Counted from the first letter of the whole stretch, positions 40,695-52,809 are shown. The stretch: 63,258 nt of DNA, filler included, from Perkinsus chesapeaki ATCC PRA-425 (GCA_013115145.1; 9 parts of 9 records of this genome joined end to end with filler, not necessarily neighbours in it); one strand, 5' to 3'. The notes: a model not told the origin generated them from the letters alone. A program made the numbers and translations.

Positions 40695-43277
40695 TTAGTG
40701 CACCGACCAGAGGACTAAGACGACAGCCATGGTAACAAAGTGCCCAAGAGTCCCGCGAGCAGAGAAGCTCGCATGCTCCTTGGTAAGGTGATAGGCTGGG
40801 CAGTCGCCAGAGTCCCCAAACTGGGGATTTGCTTTTAAACTATCCCAGCTCTTAAACTCGATGATAGCCTCATGGATGCTGCTCCGCTCCGACAAATTGC
40901 GAGCCCACATATTCAAATGCTTGTGACCAGGAATCTTGTAGAACTGGCGGGGCATTGAGTTCGGCCCCAGCTGACTGGCCAACAGAATGTTCCAAGTGTA
41001 TGACGCTCGAGCCGACGTAGGAAAAGGCATAGGCTTGTTCACCCACGACTCTTTGGTAATCTGAGACCACTCAGATTTTCCAAAGGTAGCCCAGTTACCC
41101 AGATGACCCGCCATGTTGAGCGAAGGTAGAATATCATCATAAGCGAGAATGTTGCCTCCCCCGAAAGAGGCGACGTCCATAGGTTGATCAGCGAGGGAAC
41201 CAAATGTGAAGGCAGTGGCCGCGCCAGATAGTTGGAGAACTTGGGTGAATATAGAACATGCTGATCCACAATTACCATCCGTCACGAAAGAAACCTCAGA
41301 CCAATACTCCTTAACGTAGCTCGAAGGGACAATGTTCGGCATCGTCTCCATTACAAATGCACATCCAGCATCCATACCTGGCGTCGAGTAATTGGAAGGT
41401 GTACCCCAATGGCGCAGGTCAACATTTTGGTACTGTGAGAGAGGAGGGACGAATTGTTCACCAGTAGTTCGGTTGATTATGCCTGTGTTATCGAAAAGAA
41501 ACCAACCGTACTGTGGGGCAAGCTGTTGGCCGATCCCAGTCGACCTGTCCAGGAAAAGTCTCTCTTCCAGGAACTGCTTGAAAGCAGCTGCTCTTCTAGT
41601 CACCGGCCTCTTGGAGAGTATTCTATCTTCGATGTCATGCAACCTCGAAAGCTCACGTTCCTCATCGAATTGCACGCCCAAGTGCTGCTTACCATACCGT
41701 AACAAGTCATACAGCATCTCAAACCTTTCTTCAATGAAATTCTTATTTCCACCGAGTAGAGGATTCTCATAAAAGAATTTCTCAATTGTTTGATTGTAGT
41801 TCACGCCAAAAGAGGAAACCCATGTTCGCCAGGTCTCTGTCATGTGCCTGACTACAGGAGAGCATATCTGCTCCTTGGAGCCGACCAAATACCAAGATAA
41901 AGCATAAACCGATATACCATAGCCCCCGCCGTTGGAGGAGACATCGAAGAGCAGCCGAGTTACACCATGCTGACGTGCGTATTCTTGAACTCGAGGGAAT
42001 CCAACGAAGAGTGCTAAAGCTAAGGATCGATCGCTATTCAGCGCCTCAACTGGCACGAAACTGGGGACGGACACGACAACCGCGTCACCGATGATAGTGT
42101 AACGGTAGCCAACATCTTGGACCCAGCCGTCTGCAGCAGCACTTTGGACTTCCAGTTCTCCGAGAGGATCGTCGCTCGTACCATCTTGATGACTTGAATC
42201 ATATATGGTTTTGACAAGTTTGGCATCTTCCTCATCCATTGGTGGCATGGATGCTCTCATGGCACTCCAGAGGGTTTCAAGCCGTTTCGGATACAACTTC
42301 ACCTCGAACTCGAGTGCTTCATCGAAAGCCGGATTAGAATTGGTAATTATATTATAAGTCCGACTATTCACGATATCTCTTCCAACACTCTTGCTGTAGT
42401 CGGTGAGCCTTCCCAACCAATGAATAGTCTCAGTGGATCCGTCGCTGAATGTGATCTCAAGAGGTCCAGTTGGGGGAGGACTAATCGCCGTCGGACGGTC
42501 CACATAATCTTTAACAAAGAAACGAGTATTTAGTCTTTGCAACATACCCTGCAACACTCCAGCGTCGGGCCCATCGTTAGAGACCATGTCCTGCATCCAC
42601 TGGAGGACAGGTTCACCATCAATCTCCGTAACGATATCACCATCTTTATGGAGTATACTAGAGTTATACACCACCTCGTAGAGCGAGGCATAGTTGACAA
42701 GTTCGAGTGTTATAACCTGCTTGTCGCCATCCATACGAGAGTTGAAGCGTATCGGCAGAACGTAGTAGAAAGCCTGGAAAGGTGTGATGTACCTCGTATG
42801 AGCATCATTAAGACGATTGAACTCGTGCAGTAGGCCAAAGTGGAAGGGAGCTGCCTGCATATCTTGATTGAGGATATTCAACTGCTCATCAGTTGATAGC
42901 GGATCCAGCACGACAGAGAACTGTCCTATCTGGGCATCAATAAAACCCTTGAGGTCGACATCGAGCTCGTGAAGTTGAAACCCACAGGTGTTGCTTTCAA
43001 TAGAATTGTTCAGACCATTGGCGATGTCGGCGAAGGCATATGACTCCGCCACACCATATTTCAAGTTGTGGAGTGTAAACAGGGCGTTGAACTTTGTAGT
43101 AGTAAGGCTGTTGAGGCAGTCACTTAAGTCGTCAGCTCTCCCCCACAGGAAATCCACTGATGCCTGCTCTTGCAGAATTGTACGGTCGCCGAAGCGGCTC
43201 AGACGCGCGCAGAGGTCATCGTCAACCACCTGGGCTTCGCCGCCCTGGAAGGACAGAAATAACAACCAGAAAACCAT
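40695..43277 (-). CDS. Peptidase S41-like paralog P3 (860 aa)
   Basis: Same motifs as P1; intact, intronless. Confidence 0.8.
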   Translation of the reverse strand: MVFWLLFLSFQGGEAQVVDDDLCARLSRFGDRTILQEQASVDFLWGRADDLSDCLNSLTTTKFNALFTLHNLKYGVAESYAFADIANGLNNSIESNTCGFQLHELDVDLKGFIDAQIGQFSVVLDPLSTDEQLNILNQDMQAAPFHFGLLHEFNRLNDAHTRYITPFQAFYYVLPIRFNSRMDGDKQVITLELVNYASLYEVVYNSSILHKDGDIVTEIDGEPVLQWMQDMVSNDGPDAGVLQGMLQRLNTRFFVKDYVDRPTAISPPPTGPLEITFSDGSTETIHWLGRLTDYSKSVGRDIVNSRTYNIITNSNPAFDEALEFEVKLYPKRLETLWSAMRASMPPMDEEDAKLVKTIYDSSHQDGTSDDPLGELEVQSAAADGWVQDVGYRYTIIGDAVVVSVPSFVPVEALNSDRSLALALFVGFPRVQEYARQHGVTRLLFDVSSNGGGYGISVYALSWYLVGSKEQICSPVVRHMTETWRTWVSSFGVNYNQTIEKFFYENPLLGGNKNFIEERFEMLYDLLRYGKQHLGVQFDEERELSRLHDIEDRILSKRPVTRRAAAFKQFLEERLFLDRSTGIGQQLAPQYGWFLFDNTGIINRTTGEQFVPPLSQYQNVDLRHWGTPSNYSTPGMDAGCAFVMETMPNIVPSSYVKEYWSEVSFVTDGNCGSACSIFTQVLQLSGAATAFTFGSLADQPMDVASFGGGNILAYDDILPSLNMAGHLGNWATFGKSEWSQITKESWVNKPMPFPTSARASYTWNILLASQLGPNSMPRQFYKIPGHKHLNMWARNLSERSSIHEAIIEFKSWDSLKANPQFGDSGDCPAYHLTKEHASFSARGTLGHFVTMAVVLVLWSVH

Positions 43278-44542
43278 AGGTATCCGAGAAAGTGATGGGG
43301 GCGGGTGAAGTTAGGGTGATGGGGCTGATTCAGCGCCACTTTCCAGAGTGAATACGCATGCGTGCCCTGGGGCTGGTGTAGCCCGACTTAGTTCTGTGTA
43401 ACTGCATGCTTTGAGGGCGGGCAATTAATGTAGTATATCCTAACTCCATCTTTGAGGATAAGCTAGAACACGAGGAAGTGTTTTTGAAGGTTTCATCGCG
43501 AGCGTGCCCACAACAGTGTTCACGAACTCGAATTTTGTGCGCCAGAGCTGGAAAGAATGTATGCCAACGCGATCTGCGTAACACTATTCGTGAGCTATGC
43601 TATAATAGAGACTCTATCTGACAGTAGTATGTATGTCGTCCCATAATGCGGGTATACTCATGCCGACGTATGCATGCAACGGCAAATCGAAACTGGACCT
43701 TACCGCTGACCAGCGGCCAGTCTGCAGTCTCTCCAAATAAAGGGAGCACTGCGCCCTAAGCCTTCTATCTTCTCCGGAAACGACTGCTTGCATAGCCAAG
43801 TCTGGCAATAACTCCAGTATAAGATCCCCAGAATGACCCCTGCCTGAGGAGCACGAACAACGCTGTATTGGCAGGCTCCGAGCCTAGGGCGCCATGGACT
43901 AGCGCGGTAGCGCCGTAATGGCGCCGTGAGCTCTGTAGGGACTACGAACCGAAGACTACGGCCTGTAGTTAGACAATGCTCGGTTTACAGAGGCACTGGC
44001 GGCCGTCAACCACTGTCAGCAACTATATCCATGCGTTCTGTAGGAGAGGATCTCCCTGCAGGCACGAATCGACTTTCACACGCCTTCTGCGACCCCCATT
44101 CCTTAGGGGAAGCTCTATCCGTGGCCAAGAATCTGGGGTTTTAAGGATGTTTTGATGTACAACGCAAACACCAGATGAACAGGGAGGTCCGACTTCCGGA
44201 ACTGTCAAGCTCACGTGAAAGCCAGAAATTCAGGACAGCTAGCTGCTGTTGTGAGAGCTAAACAACAATGGAACTTAAGCTCAGCTTGACGCTAGTACTA
44301 ATGATAGTGTGGTAAGTTATGTATAGATTCTTGCCTCCCTTTGGTATCTTGGGTTCCCTGATGATTAACAGTAACCAACTGAATCCTCTCTGATAGGAGT
44401 TGCTGAGAACCGTTAAGAGTGTACAGATAATCGAAGAATAAGAGAAGTGAAAGCTTGCCTCGCAGATCCCGATAGTCGTTCCGTTGCTTAACGAACCCAG
44501 AAGGCATACGAGAAAACTTCACGCAAAAATACCCAGTGCGAG

Positions 44543-44564
44543 AGGGTATCATACCCTGGGTATG
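44543..44564. repeat. 22-bp 8-mer scar, X=AGGGTATG
   Basis: agggtat-cataccct-gggtatg, perfect; single-copy site at 39448-39455. Confidence 0.9.
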
Positions 44565-45108
44565 TTATCTCGCAGAGTGCTTATAGTGTGCTGGTGAATT
44601 AGTGGGCAAGGTTCTATTTTTGTAACGCTGATAGCAGCACTAATCGGGCCATAGGGCTATGGTGTGTGGGAGACGTCGTACAACGTCCGCAATACTGAAT
44701 CGAGAGAATCATTTGCATGAAGGTATTGATCATGTACTACTTAGACTGGGAGATCAGTTTGATAAATTATTTATTTGCAAGTTGTTACGGTGACTGTGTG
44801 AAAAGCGCTGATTGCCTGTCGAAGACTAGGATAATATGTGAGCCGCTATGCGTTTGAGTATTCTGGCTTCACTGAGGGCGTTCCTTGAAGCCAGGCTCGT
44901 CAAGCTGCGTTCGAATTAACGAGCATCACTAGTTATGGTTAGCGGATATACGTCGACAGTTATATAATATACGGACTTCTCAGGGGGCTCGCCTGAGTGG
45001 AGCATCGCGATGGCTTCACAACGGACTTGTGGACTCATGTACTCGTGATTTGGACGATTCAATCAGAATTGAGTACCGAGGAGATACTTCAACACAAAAT
45101 GTGACTCA

Positions 45109-45130
45109 TGGAAAACTTTTCCAGGAAAAG
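45109..45130. repeat. 22-bp 8-mer scar, X=TGGAAAAG
   Basis: tggaaaa-cttttcca-ggaaaag, perfect; single-copy site at 39945-39953. Confidence 0.9.
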
Positions 45131-45944
45131 CCGTCTAATAAACTGAGAAAATGATATACAGGGATGAATAGCCCCAAGAAAAGCGCAAGCGGTTTGCGGC
45201 AAGCCCCTGGTGTTTCAACATCTGATGTTGTTCTTTCAAAAGCTGAAACCGATCATCGACTGGACACCTAGCACGAAGGTCAGATAAAGAGAAGAGCGTC
45301 CGTAGCTGGAGCTGCCGCAATAAAATCGAGTACAGTGTCAACAGCTAACTCAAATATATGAGTCTCATACATCAGCATTGCTCATACCAATACCCAACTC
45401 CGACACTTATCATGCAATCCATCACTGAAGAAGGTTATGTGTTCAAATACATGGAGAGCGAGCTGCAGACTAACTCGCAGTTCACTCGCTTATCCTCTCA
45501 AGTCCCCTCCTCCGCTGTTTGTAGTTCCCCCTGCAGTTCGTGTAGTGTATATATTCCTCATCGTATTCCAACTAAATCACCATATATCTACTCGCATCAG
45601 CCAACACAGTCTGCTAATTATGGCTAATGCCAAGCCTAGATTGCAAATGGATCATGTTTATCCTTGTATGGGGACATAGCGCAATACCGCTGAACATGTC
45701 GTAAAGACGAATAACAGATCCATCGAATGCCAGGCAAACGCACCCATGAGTGTTCGGGACGAATCTCCACAGTGTCTTCTTTCTCCGAATGAGTGGCGTT
45801 TCTCGAATTTTATTAGTATTCGACCACCAAACGTAAGGCTTGCCGCCTCGAGTGAAAAGCACGGCTGCAGGCCCAGATCGCCTAAAGGGCCCAATAGCAA
45901 TGCTATTATAGCTTCTTGGAACCTATCGCCGTAACACAAAGTGT

Positions 45945-45966
45945 GTACAGACTCTGTACTACAGAG
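45945..45966. repeat. 22-bp 8-mer scar, X=GTACAGAG
   Basis: gtacaga-ctctgtac-tacagag, perfect. Confidence 0.85.
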
Positions 45967-46591
45967 ATAAGGCCATCCTGGTCAGGTTCCCGCAAGAAAC
46001 CTTATAGAACAGCTATTGGGGAACGGTGGGAGATACGACCAGACATCCATGGCAATATCGTCGTTTGCCCCTTTATGAGATATACACTTTAAACGAAGCG
46101 TAAGAATCCCAGAGTTAGGCATTGGAGAGCGAACTTCCAAAGTGAAGCCGAACTAAACAGTAACAACGCCGTGCGGAACCCCACAGTAGAAGTTCGGCGC
46201 GCTGACAGCATTGAACACACTCAACAAAATCAGCATCAGTGCTGGACAATATTGAAACACTTTTAGTTCTCAGCATCTTGAGCTGTTTCGGTGAACACCG
46301 GAGCTGGTCTTTTTCTTAACGTCGAGCCCTCCTCTTCATCTCCCTCTGGCTTGCTATCCTCGATTGACGTACTCATCTATACGAGAAGATGAAATTTCGC
46401 CCAGATTGCGCAGATGCAAGAAAATAATGATTAATATTCAACGAATACGCGAGAAAGGTCACAAATTCGCGCTTCGAGCTGTTGCCTAAAATACACTATC
46501 GACTCCGAGATGTATTTCGGATCAACGTGATACATCTAGGCCCCTCGCTATTGCGAACCATACCTGCCGCGATGCGGACAGAGGAAAATGT

Positions 46592-47344
46592 TTACATTCC
46601 TTTCAACACTGCTTTCAAATGCCTACGGTTGAAATTTGGGGGAATCGAATCTCTTCGGGTTTCGATGTAGGCTTGCTCCGCTGACAAGAGAGCCAGAGCA
46701 CCACGGAGACTCACATCTTCAAGCTCGTCTGGCTCCTCCTCCGCCTTGCGTGTTTCCTCCTCCAACTTCTCCTTGTAACGTCTCATCTCCACAGCCTCCT
46801 GACGAGCCTTCTCTCGAGCTCTCATACGAGCGTTCCTGAGATAGTAACGGCCTTGGACTGGAGTGGGGGAATAATTGTATCCAGCTATCAGTGGATGCAG
46901 TCTGGGCAAACAACGAGAGAACATTTCATGCGATTAAGGAACACAATTTCGTGTCTCATTAGATTCTTGTCAAACCTTCCATCATATCTCCGCACTAGAA
47001 GAATTCTTTACCCTCGGGAGCAGTTGACGCTGATGAGCGCAAATTGAACATAAATAGACGTTTAGAGAAACGAACAAGTCCACAGCCTCGGGGCCACTTG
47101 TCGAAGGGCTTACTTGGCGATGAGATCCGCCTTCTCGTCGCGGACTATGAAAAGAATGGCCTCGACGAACAGTGTGAGAACACAGCAGAATCCACCAAAT
47201 AGGTATCTCTGAAAGTTAGGCTGTTAACGGAAGGGACGGTATTAGCTCACGTAAGTTGGGTCCCAATACTCCCTGAACACCCTGATAAAATAGTAACCAA
47301 AAGCATAGGAGCCAATGAAGGCCATAATGAAGTGAAGGGCCGTG
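46592..47344 (-). CDS. Partial multi-exon gene, two-TM protein resembling Vma12/TMEM199
   Basis: GT-AG exons 47251-47344, 47114-47208 and 46592-46835 splice in frame: ALHFIMAFIGSYAFGYYF...RYLFGGFCCVLTLFVEAILFIVRDEK...coiled coil. The family call is from memory of the motif only. Confidence 0.45.
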
Positions 47345-47883
47345 CTGAAGAGGACAGAGACTGTTCAACAAATGATAAGAGCTTCAGTAGCAGACATGGC
47401 AAAGTTACAAAGAGCGTGGACGTGCTCAGCATTGCTCGTGCCTAGATATAATAGCTATCCAGTTCTTATGGAAATTGAAGTCGTTTCTTCGAAATGGAAC
47501 CCACTGTCGTACTGCTCGGCACTACCATGCGTTCGGGCACACTTATTCCCGAGTGAGCCGAGGAGCCGTACTTCGAAGAGGCTCATTTATTTGCTCTATA
47601 ATAGTCCTTATACACATGATATTCAACAGCTATTGAGATGCATTCGCCATATATATTCAATTAATAGTCTACCTCCCCTGTTCAGATATGACCCTTAAAA
47701 CCCGCGCAGGTTCGAACCCCAGCCCTACCTAATATTCTCACTCACACCCTTAACCTCCTCAGCCACTGAGGACTCTCCCTGCTTTCTATGAGCCGCTGCC
47801 ACGAAATTGAGCTTTCTCGCGCCCTTCAAATCGGCGCCAATCGATCTCTGGTACCTTCCAAACAACTATCATTTGAAGTATCA

Positions 47884-48064
47884 TTGACAATCATTATATG
47901 ATAGGACCGATTAAGTTATTATTGAAAGCGTTGACAGTCGTTATATGATAGGACCGATTAAGTTATTATTGAAAGCGTTGACAGTCGTTACATGATAGGA
48001 CCGATTAAGTTATTATTGAAAGCGTTGACAGTCGCTATATGAGGAGAGATCAAGTTATTATTGA
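47884..48064. repeat. Minisatellite, about 3.9 x 47 bp
   Basis: Units start at 47884, 47931, 47978 and 48025; head-to-tail, no spacers. Confidence 0.95.
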
Positions 48065-48077
48065 TTCCAGTGGCCAC

Positions 48078-48780
48078 CTACTTGCGCTCCGCAGCCTCGG
48101 CTCTCATACGTTCCAATGGAGTCAACTTGGAAAGCTGAGCAGAGGGTGAATCCAGACGACCAATTCCAGACGCCTCATAGTACAATCTCCGCATCATTAT
48201 TAAGGCGAGCAACAACTTGGCAGTTTCTAGTGACGTCGGCGAGATTGAAGGAACTCCGCTTGTCGTTGTTGACCTGCACAGAGAGACAGTGAAAACTAGA
48301 TAACCTCTGCCAACGTAAAAACTGACCAGCACAAGCGACAGGAAACTGAGATATCGCTCAACGGCCTCCCGTGGATTCTGCAAGGTGGACTGTATACACA
48401 AATCAACTGATATAAGTATAATTTAATTATAGGTCTACAAGTACCAATTCTTATTATTGAAGCCCAGTCTGCAAATTCCGAAGCGAACAGCTATCAAGCG
48501 AGGATCGACCGGAACTGGAAAGACGAAGGCACTTCGAAGGGGTAACAGGATAGCATTTCTCCAATAGGAACACATATTCTATTTTATCATCTCCGCACAA
48601 GTAGCACTCCACCTCAAAGCCAAGTAGACAAGCCCAGTAGTAGTATTACTCTTTTGTTATGCTCATCGATCATCTTGCACAGATCATCCAAATCGATCGA
48701 CTCCCGATGCCTATATACCTTACGTATCGGTGCTGGCTGGGCGTTCAGGAAATAGCGAACCTCGTCGCTCATCGATACCA
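48078..48780 (-). CDS. Possible multi-exon hypothetical gene
   Basis: Coding-like segments (SMSDEVRYFLNAQPAPIRKVYRH...; LLLALIMMRRLYYE...) with nearby GT/AG; exon structure not resolved. Confidence 0.3.
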
Positions 48781-49152
48781 GCACTTGAGTTGGCATATAT
48801 GAAAAAGAATAGGGACAGTAACTAATCCGTAAAACCGGGTTTTCGGGTTTCGGGTTTTCACTTCTGGACACAAAACCTTCAATAAAGATAGAAATAATAC
48901 AACATGGTTCATGGTGTAACATCAGCCGTCAATCGAAATGGACCTGTGACAAAAATCTGGCCATTATTAAAGTCGGTGCGCAACGGGCAGGATGCCCATT
49001 GATTTAGGTCCCAATTAAGTGAATGATGACTTGCTAAAAACAAGTTGTACAGTATAGAAAATAATATAACCTGTTAATTTCTATAATACTAAAATTACTG
49101 CAGCTAAGAACGGAGACAGCACGCGTGCACAACCCAATACACCAAAGTGTAT

Positions 49153-52100
49153 TCATTTCATGACAATACTATACGACATTGTGCCGATGATCGATTCCAC
49201 ATGCCCCCTTGCTACTTGTGATGGCACCCACTCAGGTTTGTACTCGGACTCCTCCGCTCTCGGATTGAACACCTTCCCTTCGCCGGCTGCCAGCCAAAGA
49301 CGGAAGAGCAAATTCGATGACCGCTCCGTCAGCAGTAGGCTTCCATAATACTTGAAGAAATACCGTTGCCAGGGATCGAACCTGGATCGTTGCAGGCCTA
49401 CCTCAGCATTGGCCCAAGTCGGGAAAATTCGCCTGAATCCTCCAGACCTCCTTTCCTCATCATACCAGTCCATTATCAAGGACCAGTCTGCCCCTGTTAG
49501 CGACGACAATGGTCGTTTCCGTGAGCGCTTTTGAGCCAGATTTTCCAACTCCAACAGAAGTGAAGCTCTCGAACCTACGGCGAAGTACTTCCCAAACCGG
49601 GCAGCCTATCCCGGCTCGAATACTCTTTGGACGCCAAGGGGACATCCCCTCTAGTCAGAGAAAGCTATTCTCAGAAATTCCTCTGTGACTGCGCGCCGCA
49701 ATTTAAAAACAGAATTCGAGCTCGATACGATCTGTGTAACGTATTGTAATCCAGGCAATAGCTTCAACATTATTCACCTTGTCCCTACTTCTTTGAGAAC
49801 CAACTTTTGGCGACCACTGGCCTTCACATACAGCTTGCATCTTACCATTAGGGCCTTTACAGAACGGCCAGAAACCTGATATCATCGACTCTCCAGACTG
49901 GCTCCACTGGAGACTCCAGTGGAGCCCAAATCATTGCAAGCGAGGCGATTAAAGCATGCATGATGACTGCTAGAGCCTCGGTCTCGCGAAGTCTTGAAAG
50001 ATTTCTGTCGAAAACCACACAGTAGTATTTTATTCCAGTTTTATATTAGAAAATTGCACAAGTTGTAACTGGGCCCAAAGACCATCTGTGCCCAGTCCGC
50101 CAACAGTCGCGGACCCTCAAAAACGGATTCGCGCATCAGCTCCATGGTGACAAGTATAACACTTAACCTCAATCGCAGTGCCCACAAAATAGCTGCTGCT
50201 GCCTTAGAGGGAGCGCTGCCTCCCTATTATATCCGTATCCCAACCAGACTACTACCTATCAACGTGAAGGCATCTGCCATGAGCTGCGATTTAATCCTTT
50301 TATCCAACGGGCTCGAGCTGGAGAACGACGGGCATACATTAACCTCTAGCAACCATGGTCTTAGATTGGCATCAACGATAATATCAAAACCGTATATCTG
50401 ATGGATACCCGGGTTCGATCCCGGCACCCGGTCTTTTTACCTCGAAAATATTCTGATGTACCGGCGCTCCCATCTCCTGGCAAGAACTGTAGTTGGTCGA
50501 CCGATGGAGATTCGTCGCCATCTGTGGCTCTGCCGAGATGACCGTCTGTAACAAAACCCGTCCAAGTTCCTCCCCTCGACCAGAACAGCACCTTGATGAT
50601 AACGTCCTCGATGTCGGCCATCATACGATCGAAGTCGAGCTAGAAGAAGAGGGAACACCTTTGGAGTGAAAAGCTCCATTAGGGCACTCTTCGAGACTTA
50701 CATCTCTATCAGACATGTAGCTTTTAAGCTCATCAAATGACCACTTATTGCTCATATTGCTGCTAACGGAGGGAGCTGTCCCCGGTCGAAATGAACCTCA
50801 GATGCAGTAGACAAGTAGGAAGATGGACTTTAGTAACGTTGATGACGGATACCAATAAGGGGAAAGCGACTTAGGGGCTTTAACTTATAATTCGTATTAT
50901 GGCCACTTTTACATACTTATTAATATACTAATTTATGAAGTTGGCAAAAGACGTAGAAGTGGACCAATAATATATATAATATTCGAACATAGATGGGAAA
51001 AGTAAATTCCGGCAGACCTGAGCCCCTCACCGCTTAAGAATGTCAAATAGGCGAAGATAAGAGCTTAACTTGGGAGAGGTAACAGACAACAGTGTGACAG
51101 GAGAACCGAATCGTCCATTTGCAGTCGACCTAAGAAGACTTAGTTTTTGCTACTAGCAGCGTAAGATGCCAACAAGAAGCTTTCACTAGACGAGCTATGT
51201 GTCAACTAACCTACTTGATAGAGGTAGCTCTATCATCGAGGTCAATACGAATATAGACCTATGAAAGAAGGGTACCACAAAAGACCTCTCTGGTAGAACA
51301 AGGGGGATCGAATGATTTGCGAAAGCACATATAAGCAAGTAGCCTGTCTAGAAACTTTCCTTCGTCGAGAGGGTATACAGAAGCACGAGCAACCGCGCCG
51401 GTCAGGCTGAGCACACAGAAGCGGTATAATATCTCGCAAAGAACCTTTATGCGATATAATTTATACCACTCTCCTCCCAATTACCAATGCTATTACCTTT
51501 ATCGTTCTCCTCAAACCGCTTATCCTCATTCTTAACGAAGGTCGAGTTCCGCTTGTTAACACTGTAGTTCGTCAGATGCATGAATCGAGACTTAGATTTC
51601 CCCCGATGAACATAAGGCTGCGTGGCGATTCGCACCAGACCTTCGTCATACAAGTAAATCTTGAGAGGATCCACCGACGTCACCAACACATACAGCCGAA
51701 GGTCGCACTTTAGACCGTTCAAGAGCAGGGGGTTGCCGATGTACCTTTGAATGATCCCCGATTTTTTTGCGTATTTTTTCAAGGCTCCAGAGCCCATGCT
51801 ATTCCGAAGAAGCTTGATGCCTCTACCGCAACTGGAGCTTCTAGGCTTGTAAATCCACATGGTGCCGGGCCTCGCCTTTAGCCTGTCCATGTCCCACCGA
51901 GGGAACTCCTTGGGAAGTATGTAAGTAGGCGGAACTATACTGCGGGAATTGGGGCCGATTCGACGCTGAAGCCGATCGATGTTGAGACATAAGGAATCTT
52001 TCCAGCCCATCTGGAAGGAACCGGGGAAGTGATTGGTTTTTTGAAGGGTATGCATCTTCTTAAGCGACTCTGGTTTGTTATTAGCGTCCCACCTAAGAGA

Positions 52101-52583
52101 CCATTTCGGGTCATCCCAAGCTCCATCTGGGACAGCGACGCCTCCGTTACGGTCCAAGGTGTTGATGACACAGTTATACCGATGAACAGCAGATGAATGA
52201 TGGTAATAGAAGCGCATGCTAGGAGTAGGGGAAGCTCGAGTGGAATATGGCCGGCCAGGGTCGGGGGGCACTACACAGCGGAATAAAATTACTGATGGTC
52301 TCGCCTCACCAAAAACCGACAGTAGAAGGTTGCGTTCAACGGTAAGATGAGAAGCCTCGCTGTTGGCGGTAGCCGATGACCACGAGCTGGCCCTGGCTTC
52401 ACGGACGCCAAGGAGGCGGTCCCTGGCCCAGTCCTCTGCAGTGGACGAATCAGAGGAATCGATCTCCAGTTGCGAAGGGCGGGCAGGCTCCTCGATTGAA
52501 CCGGCAGCTTCGTCGTTAGATAGTTCTAAGTCGCTCTGGATGTGTGAGGTTGTTGGTGATAGAGATGATTTATGAAGGGTCAT
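49153..52583 (-). CDS. Tubulin-tyrosine-ligase-like polyglutamylase (TTLL4/5-like), multi-exon
   Basis: WIYKP.SSSCGRGI, IQRYI.NPLL, DLRLYVLVTS, HLTNYSVNK (exon ending 51497). Exons 50592-50639, 50441-50545 and 50256-50397 give IIK/TVISAE...IFE/IYGFDIIVD.NLRPWLLEVN. Also GFRRIFP near 49430. Confidence 0.9.
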
Positions 52584-52709
52584 GTTGGAGTGGAAGACGC
52601 TACGGTAAGCTTTTCAGCACAACTTTGCAGGCCCACCGGTCCCAACCTGTGCGCATTCCGGTCCGAACGTGTGCAAGCCCATAGGGGACTTGTTTTATAG
52701 TTAAAACGC

Positions 52710-52809
52710 NNNNNNNNNNNNNNNNNNNNNNNNNNNNNNNNNNNNNNNNNNNNTTAATTAATTAANNNNNNNNNNNNNNNNNNNNNNNNNNNNNNNNNNN
52801 NNNNNNNNN
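52710..52809. other. Artificial contig linker
   Basis: N44-TTAATTAATTAA-N44. Confidence 0.98.

Larger units (their letters stand above)
44511..45515 (+). repeat. About 1-kb intergenic segment, copy 2
   Basis: Collinear with 39416-40308; longer mainly because of 13-15-bp scar insertions. Confidence 0.9.

Noticed and set aside
47701-47729. tRNA gene around GGTTCGAACCCC
   Set aside because: B-box-like only; no D arm, anticodon arm or acceptor pairing is visible.
47884-48064. CRISPR-like array (also considered for 29982-30327 and 23193-23297)
   Set aside because: Head-to-tail units with no unique spacers, no cas genes, and a eukaryotic context.
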